A stretch of DNA of 64,000 nucleotides from Schmidtea nova (Eukaryota), in the NCBI GenBank assembly GCA_044892505.1, contig CM097883.1, forward strand, positions 46,252,001 through 46,316,000, written 5' to 3'. The translations under genes were made by a program, and so were the position numbers. Positions 15,828-26,990 of the stretch are shown in pieces. Position 1 is the stretch's first letter, and each line of letters opens with the position of its first letter. The notes beneath the pieces were generated by a model that did no database searches, was not told the origin of the DNA, and saw nothing but the letters and a program-made list of their open reading frames with translations.

Positions 15828-15959
15828 AATTATATTTTCATGATTGCAGTTTATGTGAAACCCGATAAAATACACATGTTTGAACCAATTGGATTTTATT
15901 ATCCATCGCTATTGATGAAAAACATATCGTCAATGTTGATGTGAATTGGAAATAATAGA

Positions 15960-18900
15960 ATCTGATACTAGAATCCAATAACAAAAACATTTGGTAGTAC
16001 TGTTTAGCATGGTTAATAAAAATGTTTAATAAATAAATATTTGTATTGAAATTTTGAATTAATTTTTATTAATTTTTAGAATTATTTGAATATTTATTTA
16101 TTTATTCTTTTAAATTATCGGAGTGAAGAATTTAATTGGACATGTAATAAGAAGTATCAAAAAATATTTCATTAGTTGCTTACTTATCATTTTAATATGT
16201 TTACCTAGTTAACAGAGTTTTTATAATGATTTTTAAATTACTTATACATGTTAGTTATCAAGTGAAGAAATAGATGAACAATGATTTCAATAAAGCTTTG
16301 TATTAAAAGTCATTTGCATTTTAAATATATTCAAAATTTTAATAACTTTAATTAATAAAAAATTTCATTTTAACTACGTAGATATTAGTATACCTTTTTG
16401 AAAACTGATAATCAACTAAAGATTAATTAAATTATTCAAAGTAATAAATTTAATTTTATGACACGATATTTAGAATCAGTTAGTTTTAAATATATTATCT
16501 AGTTAATGCGAAGAGTTAATTGATACGTGGAACAATTTCCTTAGAGTGAAGATTTATTTGTTTAATATATAGAGTCAGTTGGTATCCGATTAGTTGATTT
16601 AACTAGTAGATTGTGGATAGAATCAATTGATATTTAATAATTAACTAGTCTGTTGTTGATTTATGAATAGTTAGTTGGTTAGTAAGAGATTAGTTGTTGG
16701 TTAGTATGTATAGCTAGATAGTTGGTTAGTGTAGTTGGTTGGTTGGTACAAGAATAATGTATAGAACTAGTTGGTTAATGTATATAACTAGTTGGTTAGT
16801 AATGAATTGATTGCTGGTTAGTGTGTATAGGTAGTTAGTTGGTTGGTTGGTAGACTGATAGGTATAAGATTAATGGATAGAACTAGTTAGTTGATGTATA
16901 TAACTAGTTGGTTAGTAAGGTATTAGTTGCTGGTTAGTATGTATAGTTAGTTAGTTAGTTACTTGGTTAATGTGAAGAGTTAGTTGGTTGATGTATAGAA
17001 CTAGTTGGTTAGTAAGAGATTAGTATGTATAGCTAGTTAGTTAGTTACTTGGTTAATGTGAAGAGTTAGTTGGTTGATGTATAGAACTAGTTGGTTAGTA
17101 AGGAAGTGGTTGCTGGTTAGTATGTATAGTTAGTTAGTTGGTTGGTGATTTGTGAATAAAGTTAGTTGGTTAATGTATAGAACTAGTTGGTTAGTAAGAG
17201 ATTAGTATGTATAGCTAGTTAGTTAGTTACTTGGTTAATGTGAAGAGTTAGTTGGTTGATGTATAGAACTAGTTGGTTAGTAAGGAAGTGGTTGCTGGTT
17301 AGTATGTATAGTTAGTTAGTTGGTTGGTGATTTTTGAATAAAGTTAGTTGGTTAATGTATAGAACTAGTTGGTTAGTAAGGTATTGGTTGCTGGTTAGTA
17401 TGTATAGTTAGTTGGTTAGTATAGATAAAGTTAGTAAGTAAGGAATTGTACTATTTTTTAACTAAGGGGATTGGATTATTTGATATATAGGCAATAGGAA
17501 GTGATTGTCACATGGAACAATTTCCTAGTTGGTTAATATATAGAGTCAGTTGGTAACTTGTAAGTAACTAGTCGATTGTTGATTTGTGGATAGAGTCAGT
17601 TGGCATTTGATCAGTTACTAGTCAGTGGTTGATTTGTGTGTGTAATGAGATTATTAGTTATTTGATCGGTTTATTGCTGGTACTTAGANNNNNNNNNNNN
17701 NNNNNNNNNNNNNNNNNNNNNNNNNNNNNNNNNNNNNNNNNNNNNNNNNNNNNNNNNNNNNNNNNNNNNNNNNNNNNNNNNNNNNNNNNNNNNNNNNNNN
17801 NNNNNNNNNNNNNNNNNNNNNNNNNNNNNNNNNNNNNNNNNNNNNNNNNNNNNNNNNNNNNNNNNNNNNNNNNNNNNNNNNNNNNNNNNNNNNNNNNNNN
17901 NNNNNNNNNNNNNNNNNNNNNNNNNNNNNNNNNNNNNNNNNNNNNNNNNNNNNNNNNNNNNNNNNNNNNNNTTTCCAATTATTACGTTTATTTTTAAAAA
18001 TTTATGTCATTAATCGATATTTTTTAACTTAGTATACAAAATTGTAACAACTCTTGTTTAAATAACTATTTTTATTCTAAATAAATTCAATAGTTACATG
18101 TGTTTTATTTACTACATTTATTTGTTGTTATTTGATCATTTCCTTAAAAAAACATTATATTGAAAAAACAATTAGATTTGTATTTATTAGTTAAAAATTT
18201 TACTTGTGAAAAAATGTTTACTTTGTATTTATTAATTAAAAAATTTTACATTGATTTTATTGTTAAAAAATTTTACTTTAAAAAATTTCAAAAATAATTA
18301 ATTATTCTCACATTTTCAAATATTACCTTAAAAAGTTCCTTTAAAACCAATTCATTTTAAAATTATGACATTAAAACTCACGACTTTCTTAATTTACTTT
18401 TTTATTCTTAATTTACTTATAATTCTATTTATCACTAAATTCATAATTATTTTTAAACATCTATCTTTAATTTATTTACTTTGCCATTTTTCATAAATTC
18501 AGTACAAATTATTTTTAAATTCTAACTTTAATTTACTTATTATTTCCATGCTTTTATTTAATGTACCATTTTACTTGATAAATTCAATACAAAATAATGA
18601 GTGAATTATTAACTGAGTTTTGAAATTCGTATAGAATTTATTTACTTTTTTATTTAATTATCATAAATTTATTTAGATTTAATTATTTAGTTTAAAAATT
18701 TTTATTTTAAATATTTCCACGTTTTTATGAACTTTACCCTTTTTTACTGAGACTGTCATTTCCCGTATAAAATTTTGATTTTTTCATGATTTTAATTTTT
18801 TGACCTTTATTGTTCGCTTTTCAATTCTCAGTAGATTGGTATAAAAATTATTGAATTCTGACAACTTTTTAATTTTTGGAATTTCTCCGAGTTGACCATT

Positions 18901-20098
18901 TTTACGTGTAAAAATTGGGTCGGAAAAGTCAAAATTTTCATGTTTTTACTTTTTGACCCTTATTTGTTCGCCATTCGATTCTCAGTAGATTGGTATAAAA
19001 ATTATTGAATTCTGAGCATTTTTGATTTTTTGGAATTTCCCCGAGTTGACCATTTTTACTTGTAAAAATTGGGTCGGAAAAGTCAAAATTTTCATGTTTT
19101 TACTTTTTGAACCTTTTTTGTTCGCCATTCAATTTTCAGTAGATTGGTATAAAAATTATTTGATTCTGATCATTTTTAATTTTTTGGAAATTCCCCGAGT
19201 TGACACTTTTTACATGTAAAAATTGGGTAGGAAAAGATCAATTTTTCATGTTTTTTAATTTTTGACCATTATTGTTTGCCTTTTAATTCTCAGTAGATTT
19301 GTATAAAAATTATTGAATTCTGACCACTTTTTAATTTTTTGATTTTCCCCGACCAAAATATTATTTTCAAAAATACCAGACTAAAAATCAAGATCAAAAA
19401 TCATATTCAAAATTACCAGAGTCCCTTTTTGCCTGAGAAAAATCTCGGAGTAGAAAATCCTATACAAAATAATTTCAATGTATTTTACTAGTTTAAAAAA
19501 TTTACACGTGTTTTTTATTTACCAATAAAATTTCAGTTCAAAATTACCAGAGTCCCTTTTTGCCCGAGAAAAATCTCGGAGTAGAAAATCCTATACAAAA
19601 TAATTTCAATGTATTTTACTAGTTTAAAAAATTTACACGTGTTTTTTATTTACCAATAAAATTTCAGTTCAAAATTACCAGAGTCTCTTTTCTGCCCGAT
19701 AAAAATCTCGGAGTAGAAAATCATATACAAAATAACCAGAGTAAAATTCCTTTACAAAAATAACCAGATCAAAATATTGTATTTCAAAAATCCAGATCAA
19801 AACATTAAAATAAATTAAATAAAAATAAATAAAAATTAATAATTAATATAAATTAATAAATAAATAAATAAATAAATAAATAAATTAATATAAAAATNNN
19901 NNNNNNNNNNNNNNNNNNNNNNNNNNNNNNNNNNNNNNNNNNNNNNNNNNNNNNNNNNNNNNNNNNNNNNNNNNNNNNNNNNNNNNNNNNNNNNNNNNNN
20001 NNNNNNNNNNNNNNNNNNNNNNNNNGGGGGTAAAAAAATTTTTTTTTGGGAGGGAGGGGGGGTCTGTTCCTGTTCTTAGGCGCTCCCCATTCTCTACT
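15960..20098 (-). repeat. Right TIR arm (~4.1 kb including two N-runs)
   Basis: Mirror of 6414-10719 wherever compared, apart from scattered substitutions and repeat-unit indels. Confidence 0.92.
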
Positions 20099-21535
20099 TT
20101 TAATCAATCAAGTAACGCATGCAAAAAGTGCATAAACACATTATTTAATAGAATTAAGAATAAATATTTAGAAAATAAATAAAATAAATTATAAAATTAA
20201 ATTTTTGGAAAATAAATAAATAATCATTTATTGAAATGAATAAGCTAAATAGTAAAATAAATATATGAATTATATTATTAATTTTTGCATTTAATGAATT
20301 GAATGCGCAGTCTTCATTTAGGATTAGTATAAATTGATGTTGCAAAATCATAATTTAACTTTTTAATTTTTACTTTTTGTTCAATTCTACCAGCCAGCCC
20401 CAGTGTTAATTGAATTTATTCAATGGAGTGAATCAAATGTAGGTTTTATGTTTTATTTTAGCTGTACTTTGAAATTTGTTAATAAACCTTTGAATTATAA
20501 TTTTTTGTTAAATATTATCATTCTCATTCAAATGATTCCTGGTTAAACTGATTTAGGAGGAGCTCTGTAAGTGCACACGCCACGAGTTCCCAATCGGTTA
20601 GAAGTGCTTGTACCGAACAGTTGATTATAGCCTTCGTGCAATCGTCTCCTCTAATTACATAGAATGGCGAGGAAAAATGAAAGTTAAGGTGTGTTATTTA
20701 GATACTTGTGAGAGTAATTAGGTGTATATTTTAAGTAAGATAAAGTGGTAGAAATCTAGGAATTAATAACGCGAAAAGACCGTAAAATAGATATCGGCAC
20801 GAAAAACCCAATAGAGAATATAGCGTGGAGTAGTTTGGCAACGAAGTTCCCTGCTCACTAGGATCTCGCCACCATATACATAACCAACATAGCACCAAGG
20901 AGTTACTATGGGTACACGAGTGAGTCAGTTAATATTTATGATGGGATGTGGGTTGTAGTAATCTCTAGAGACCAATAATAATAATTTCGTAACAGTCCAT
21001 ACACGCCAACATTATTTTCTGATCTTTCTTTTAATCTAGTTTAGTTGTTAGTTTTTGATTGATTTTGGCACTATTTTTCTTGCCTCTATTGGGTTATTTA
21101 AAATTAAAGAGGGTTCTATCCAAACACTTATATCTTTTTTAGAAATTTGTATTATTTTATTTTGTACTAAAAATATATAAATAAATATTGAAGTTAACAA
21201 AGGTTTGACACATCGCTTTCATGAAAATAATTTTTATAAATATTACTATAATGTATTCATAACAGTAAAAGAAATAATCACAAAAAGTCTTTTAAATATC
21301 TTAAGTCATGTGTAATTTGGATTATTTTGATTTTGAAATAATAAAATATATAAAAATACTAATCTATTATAATAGTTGTTTTACTTCTTGAAATGCAACA
21401 TTAATCAACTGTGGCATTTTAAAATAAAATTTTATTTGTAAATAAAATAATTTTTTTTGTGTTATTTTTAAACTATTATTTGTTTATTAAGTTTGAATTT
21501 TTCATTAAAAGTTGTTGATTTTTCTTCTTAAAGAC

Positions 21536-21847
21536 ATGCCAATTCATCGGCATTTAAAAAATGTTGTCAAAAATTACTCAGAAGCAGAACGCAAAGTCCG
21601 TGAAGCGACATCAAATGATCCATGGGGAGCTTCAAGCACACTTATGTCGGAAATAGCCGACATGACCTACAATGTTATGTATTTTGTCGATATTATGCAA
21701 ATGCTGTGGAAGAGATTGAATGATAAAAACAAAAATTGGCGTCATGTATACAAAGCACTGATGCTCATGGAATACATTATTAAAACCGGCAGTGAGAAAG
21801 TCGCAGCTCGCTGTCGGGAAAACATTCACACAATTGAAACTCTAAAA
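21536..21847 (+). CDS. EPN1: Epsin, coding exon 1 (ENTH domain)
   Basis: KNVVKNYSEAERKVREATSNDPWG...WKRLNDKNKNWRHVYKAL..LMEYIIKTGSE; followed by a 48-nt phase-0 intron, 21848-21895 (gttaaa...aatag). Confidence 0.95.
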
Positions 21848-21895
21848 GTTAAAATTTGCAATCATTTAACTGTAAATTTAAAAGGCATCCAATAG

Positions 21896-22375
21896 GATTT
21901 CCAATACGTTGAAGAGGGTAAAGATCTCGGTGTAAATGTGCGCGAACGAGCCAAAATGATTTGCGGGTTGCTGCGTGACTTTGATAGGTTGCAAGATGAG
22001 CGAATCAAAGCGTTGAAAGCGAAATCTCGATTGGCCAATTCGAATGTCGTGTCGTTCGGTTCCAATGGTTCAAGTAATGGAGCAATTGATCAACAGAAAC
22101 AGCGCTTGCAATCGTCACCAATTGGGATATCTAGTCTCATTCGAAGTGGATCTCTACCGACTCGATGCAAATCTCCCCAGAAAAATTTGTCCGAACGGCC
22201 ATTTCCAATTGTACTGGCTTGTCCACAGAGTGAGGGAGAGGAACACATTCAATTGCAGTTGGCGCTGGCAATCAGCAAGGAAGAGCACGAGCGGGAAATC
22301 GATAGGAGACGAGATGAGGATGCGAGAGAGCAAGCCAAAATTGAGATGGCATTGGAACAGAGCAGATTGGAGGAA
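21896..22375 (+). CDS. EPN1: Epsin, coding exon 2 (end of ENTH, two UIMs)
   Basis: DFQYVEEGKDLGVNVRERAK; UIMs EEEHIQLQLALAISKEE and AKIEMALEQSRLEE; donor GAA|gtgagc. Confidence 0.93.
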
Positions 22376-22669
22376 GTGAGCATTTAATATTTAATATTTA
22401 TTTATTAGTTTATTATCCCAATAGTTACTTTTTCATTGGAATTTTATTTACTTTAGTTTTTCATTTTTATCTATTTATTGTTTTAATTAATTAAAATATT
22501 TGATCAAGTTGTATTATTAATTTGTTTTATTAAATAATTCAACATTTCAATACAAGATGACACTATATTTAATTTTAGTTGATATTATTCTACTATTAAA
22601 AATAAATAATATAATTATGATAATAATAAATTATAATTTTAACTATTTCCATTGTTATCTCATTATGAT

Positions 22670-24310
22670 TCCATGAAAAAACAGAACATGGAAAAGCAAC
22701 AGTGCAAAAACATAACTATGATTACTCAGAACTATGATAAAACAGAACATAAAATATTTTTTAAACGATTTATTAATTATTTATATATAATTATTGTAGG
22801 TATTCCATTCGACGTTAAAACTTCAATTTATCTTCTCTATTTTCATAGTCCTGAACAACTCTTACCACTTGATTACAAAGAGCGGAATTCTTGTTTTTGT
22901 AATTTCTGGGCGACCTGTTCGAAAATTAGTTAATATTAGTCGCTAGCAAGCTATATCCCTCCTCAATCTATATAATAGGTTCCAAATGCTTGGGTGACTA
23001 CAATGGAACAGCGAATTTAAAGCGTTGTGGAAGTCCTCACAGCAATTTGCAGTCTTAGGACACCTTTCTGCAGCATCAAAATGATTCCAAATTCGAATTG
23101 GAAAGAGAGGTGATCTTCCGGCAACTCTCTCAATGTAAGTTGAATAGAAAAATAAAAGAATCTCGTTGTAATTGTCTTTATCGGGAAATGTGGCAGCTAA
23201 TTCATCCAAAACAGTTCTTACATCTGTTATTGGCACAAAAGAGAGATCAGGCAGAGACTTAAGTTTTAACTTTAGGTCAATATCCGACTTGTACACTGTC
23301 TTTAAACCAACGCTTTTGATTTTGCTAATCACACTCAGGCAAAGATGAAAGTAGCACCTTTTTATTTCTGCTTGTGGAAAAGCAAATTCAGCAGTGGGCA
23401 TACATGCTTTTTCGAAGTCCAGCAGAATCTTTTGAGGCATGATATTGGGCAACAATTGTTGTATGTATCCCTATTTTTTCTTTGTAAAAGAAAATATATG
23501 CACGGATGATATGAATTACCAATCTTGGCGTGCCATGTATACAGCTGATAAAAAATAGTAGGAGCTTTATCAAAAGTACTGTCTCCTTTTCTAATTCAGC
23601 GAGCATATCAAGATTCCCAATTGTCAATATTCTTTCTATGTCATCAGCTCCAGTATCATGCAAAATGAGGTCAGCATACTTATTTGGTATAAAAAATTGG
23701 TTGTAGTTGGATTTAGCATATGGCTGGTTTCTTTATGTTGAAAAAGACTTCATGAAAATGATGATTGATTTGGTAAATTTTCCAGAATATCCATATTCAC
23801 TTTCTATAACACATATCCCATGATATTTTTTGGAGTTGCACTAACAGCCTTCCTCTGTTGCTTCATGCTCGCTTTCAAAATATTCGCTTGTGCTTTTTGA
23901 GAATTTGAACCGTGGCAATGTTGTGGCATATCTCCAATTATTTTCATTATGCATCTTCAAGAATGCCTTGCACTTGGCACTACAGTAGATTCTGCATCTC
24001 CATGTAACTTCTCTATTCGTGTTTTCGTAACTACTCTAATTGGTGTATTTAAATCTTTGGTACAGTAGAACTCGATTTCCTTTCTGTGTTGTTGAAAATT
24101 TCATGATATTAATAAATTTTTAAGATTACTGCTTTAAACGGTTGACCAAATTAAAATGAAGCGATGGATATAATTAATTTCAACTTATTATTAAATATAA
24201 AAAAATTATTTCATGAAAACTAATTAATTCCACGAATTAGAATTTTTCTGTTTTATCATAGTTCTGTTTTTGCACTGATCTGTTTTTTCAAGTTCTGTTT
24301 AATTCGATTA
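22670..24310 (-). mobile_element. Decayed Mutator-like (MULE) element; boundaries approximate
   Basis: From ATG at 24104: FLYWCH-like VTWRC..YC..KC....H..H, then ILLDFEKA, CYFHL, IWNH, KTANCCEDFHNALN, with stops and frameshifts. Inverted subterminal CAGAACTATGATAAAACAGAA motifs near 22725 and 24250. Confidence 0.8.
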
Positions 24311-24476
24311 CCCTCATTATATAAACTAGCTATATATTAGTTGGACAATTATAAAAATTATTTTCTGCAAATACGGAATTATTATATTAAATGTTATATT
24401 AAATGAAAAACTATTTCATATATTCAATACTTGTTAAATTCAAAAAATTGTTACCGAAAATTATATATATATATAT

Positions 24477-24924
24477 CAGTGGCGTAGCAATAGGTTGTGC
24501 AGGTTGTGCAAGGCACAAGGGCCCAGGACGAAAAATTAGTAAATTTTATACGTTCGAGCATTATAAATTCCCCGATTGTCATCAAACCAAGCATCGCTTG
24601 GGCGTTTGTTTTGTTTTTAATTAAGACAGCAACCACAGTTTGGACGGTTTATACATTTAATATTATTAGGAATCTATATTGGATATAGTTGTAAACCACA
24701 TATGTCACACCCATTCATCTATTAAATTATTTATAATATCCCTTCAACCCCAACCGGAAACGCTACTATTTCTGTTTTAAAATGCGCAAATTTACTCAGA
24801 GAGTTGCTAATCACCTTCCCCCAAGCCTGCCTATGGTTTGGTTCCTCGGATCACTTCGTTCGACAAATATTTTGTGCGTCCCAAAATCTGCACAAGGGCC
24901 CCATAAATCCTTGGTACGCCACTG
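24477..24924. mobile_element. Non-autonomous hAT-like MITE inserted in a (TA)n tract
   Basis: TIR CAGTGGCGTA / TACGCCACTG; ATATATAT on both flanks. Confidence 0.75.
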
Positions 24925-24949
24925 ATATATATATATATATATATGTATA

Positions 24950-25230
24950 AGCTGGATTCCAGTATTTTACAATTTATTTCTTTAGTTTGGGTTGTTGTAA
25001 CTTTGCGGCTCTGACAATTTTCACAGCTTTGAATCACGTCTTGTATTGTTTGAATCACGTTTCTCATTTCAAAGTTATTTGATACATATTTCTTTACCTT
25101 CATTGGTCCTGCACTACATAGTTTTACAGATTATTGTGTAACAATATATTCTTCGTCTTTTGGGTATTCATATCTTATTATCTTCTGTTAGAATTACCTC
25201 ATTTCTAGATTTCCTATCAATCGCAATTTA
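24950..25230 (-). mobile_element. Gypsy integrase zinc-finger fragment
   Basis: VKKYVSNNFEMRNVIQTIQDVIQSCENCQSRKVTTTQTKE, similar to the integrase region at 50520-50600. Confidence 0.65.
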
Positions 25231-25235
25231 ACTTA

Positions 25236-25462
25236 CCGTATTTTCCTGGGTATTAGTCGCACCGTGGTATTAATCGCACCAACCTAATTTTTCGATTTTT
25301 TCTAAAAAATCATTATCTGTTATTTCTTCTGGAAATTTGGCTAGACATTTGTTGGTTTGGTTAGAAAAAAAATAAAAATTATCATATAAGTCGCTTCTTT
25401 ATATTAGTCGCACTTGTATTTTTAACGAAAAAAAGTAGCGACTTATACGACGAAAAATACGG
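25236..25462. mobile_element. Tc1/mariner-superfamily (pogo/Tc2-like) MITE, copy 1
   Basis: TA|CCGTATTTT...AAAATACGG|TA; near-identical to 33424-33633. Confidence 0.8.
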
Positions 25463-25949
25463 TAGTCTTTAATTCTCCAGTTTTTGGATCATTAAAATTA
25501 ATTTGCTCATTCACTTCTTGATAACGCGTCTGCGTTAGAATGATCTTTTCTATTTTTGAAATCTATTTCTAAACTGTCTAAATAATTAATTTACAACTGG
25601 AATCGTGCAGTAATGGCTTTCCTTGTGTTAGAAAGAGACAAATACACCAAAATATATTGTAAGAACAAATATACAAGATGCACTTATAGCTTTTCATTGC
25701 AAATTAAAATGATTTTGCATACTATCTAAAAACAAAGTTTATTGATTTACTCGTTATTGACAAAGACTACCTGCAAACTCACACACACCAACATTCAAAC
25801 ACAGCACTCAAGTATCATAAATAACCACTACTTTTGAAACTACGATTTTTAATTATTATTACATAATAGGTTAATTTAATTTATTAATTTACTTGTTCGT
25901 TTCATCCTTCCTTTTTCTAAAAACCTTGAGCCATTCTAACATTTCGAAT

Positions 25950-26990
25950 AATTTCATTTACATTTGTATTTCTCAGTTTATAGATCCTTTCATGGATCTT
26001 TTCTATAATTTCATATGGTACTTGATATCGTTCATCCACCTTATATTTTCTCGCTTTACTAATACATAATCTCCAATCTTTTGAAATTTCTAGAAGTTAT
26101 TGGATTTTTATTTGTTTCCGTATTTTGTTTATTTATATTTACTGCTCGAATTTCTTTTCTTCTTTTGTCAATATCGATACTTTTTGAATTCAAACTTTAG
26201 CGGTCGTTTTTTTCATTTTAATGTGCCAATGCTGTTAACAAAATATATCTGATAAATTGATCAATAATTGCCAAAATATTTTCTTGTCGGGCATTGTCTT
26301 ATTAAATGGCCCACAAAATCAATAAATATCTCTTTAAAACCTTCACCAGTGCTTTTTATTTTTACAATTTCTTTGGTTTTCCCGTCTATGTCTTCCGTTT
26401 CTGGCAATCCACACAGTTTTCCACAATATTTTTGATCTCTTCTTTATTAATATTTAAATTTTTCTTTGTATATACATGTGTTTTTCTTATACCGACATGA
26501 TACAAATCTCGATGCAGTTCATTGATTAACAATTCTTTACTTTTACTTCTATTTCTCAATTTTCCTTTGAACCGTCCATTGCTAACATCTTCGATTTATT
26601 CTTTTCTGATTTAGCGTCTTCGTAAATCGTTTGGTATGATTGCACGTGGTACAATTATTCCTCGATAATGCATCTGCATTTGCATGTAACTCCCCTTTAC
26701 GGTATTCAAACTTTATATCCAATTCACTTAAATAATTTTTCCATGTCTGAAATTGGGTAGTAAAGGATTTCTTTGTCTTAATCATAAATTTTATCGCTTT
26801 ATGGTCAATTCTTAGCATGAATCTTTTTTTCAATATGAATACTACTTGAAATACTGAGTAAAGTGATAAATTACCAGCAATTCTTTTCTGATATTGCAGC
26901 TACCAAATACACGCTCCAATTTTGTAATTCTCTGGTGGTTTGATAAAATTGACCATCGTGGTTACCATGTTAGCTACAATAGTCTTAGTA
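25950..26990 (-). mobile_element. Decayed Gypsy pol fragment (RNase H end and integrase C-terminal region); boundaries approximate
   Basis: RIDHKAIKF...FQTWKNYLSELDIKFEYRKGELHANADALSR. Confidence 0.75.

Larger units (their letters stand above)
6414..20098. mobile_element. Non-autonomous Polinton/Maverick-terminus element with giant TIRs
   Basis: Begins AGTAGAGAAGGGGGAGCGCCCAAGAAC and ends GTTCTTAGGCGCTCCCCATTCTCTACT. Flanked on both sides by TTTAAT (6408-6413 and 20099-20104). The terminus matches that of the pPolB-bearing element ending at 56390. Confidence 0.85.

Noticed and set aside
9340-17440. Interstitial canonical telomere repeat
   Set aside because: Units are TTAG/TTGG composites; no (TTAGGG)n run was seen.
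7539-19219. Identical 65-aa ORFs at 7539-7736 (-) and 19022-19219 (+)
   Set aside because: Mirror copies within the 154-bp tandem repeat; no coding features.
6414-20098. The giant inverted repeat as a pure assembly artefact
   Set aside because: An exact 6-bp TSD, substitutions and unit indels between the arms, and a unique loop argue that it is real. The mirrored N-runs mean long-read confirmation is still needed.
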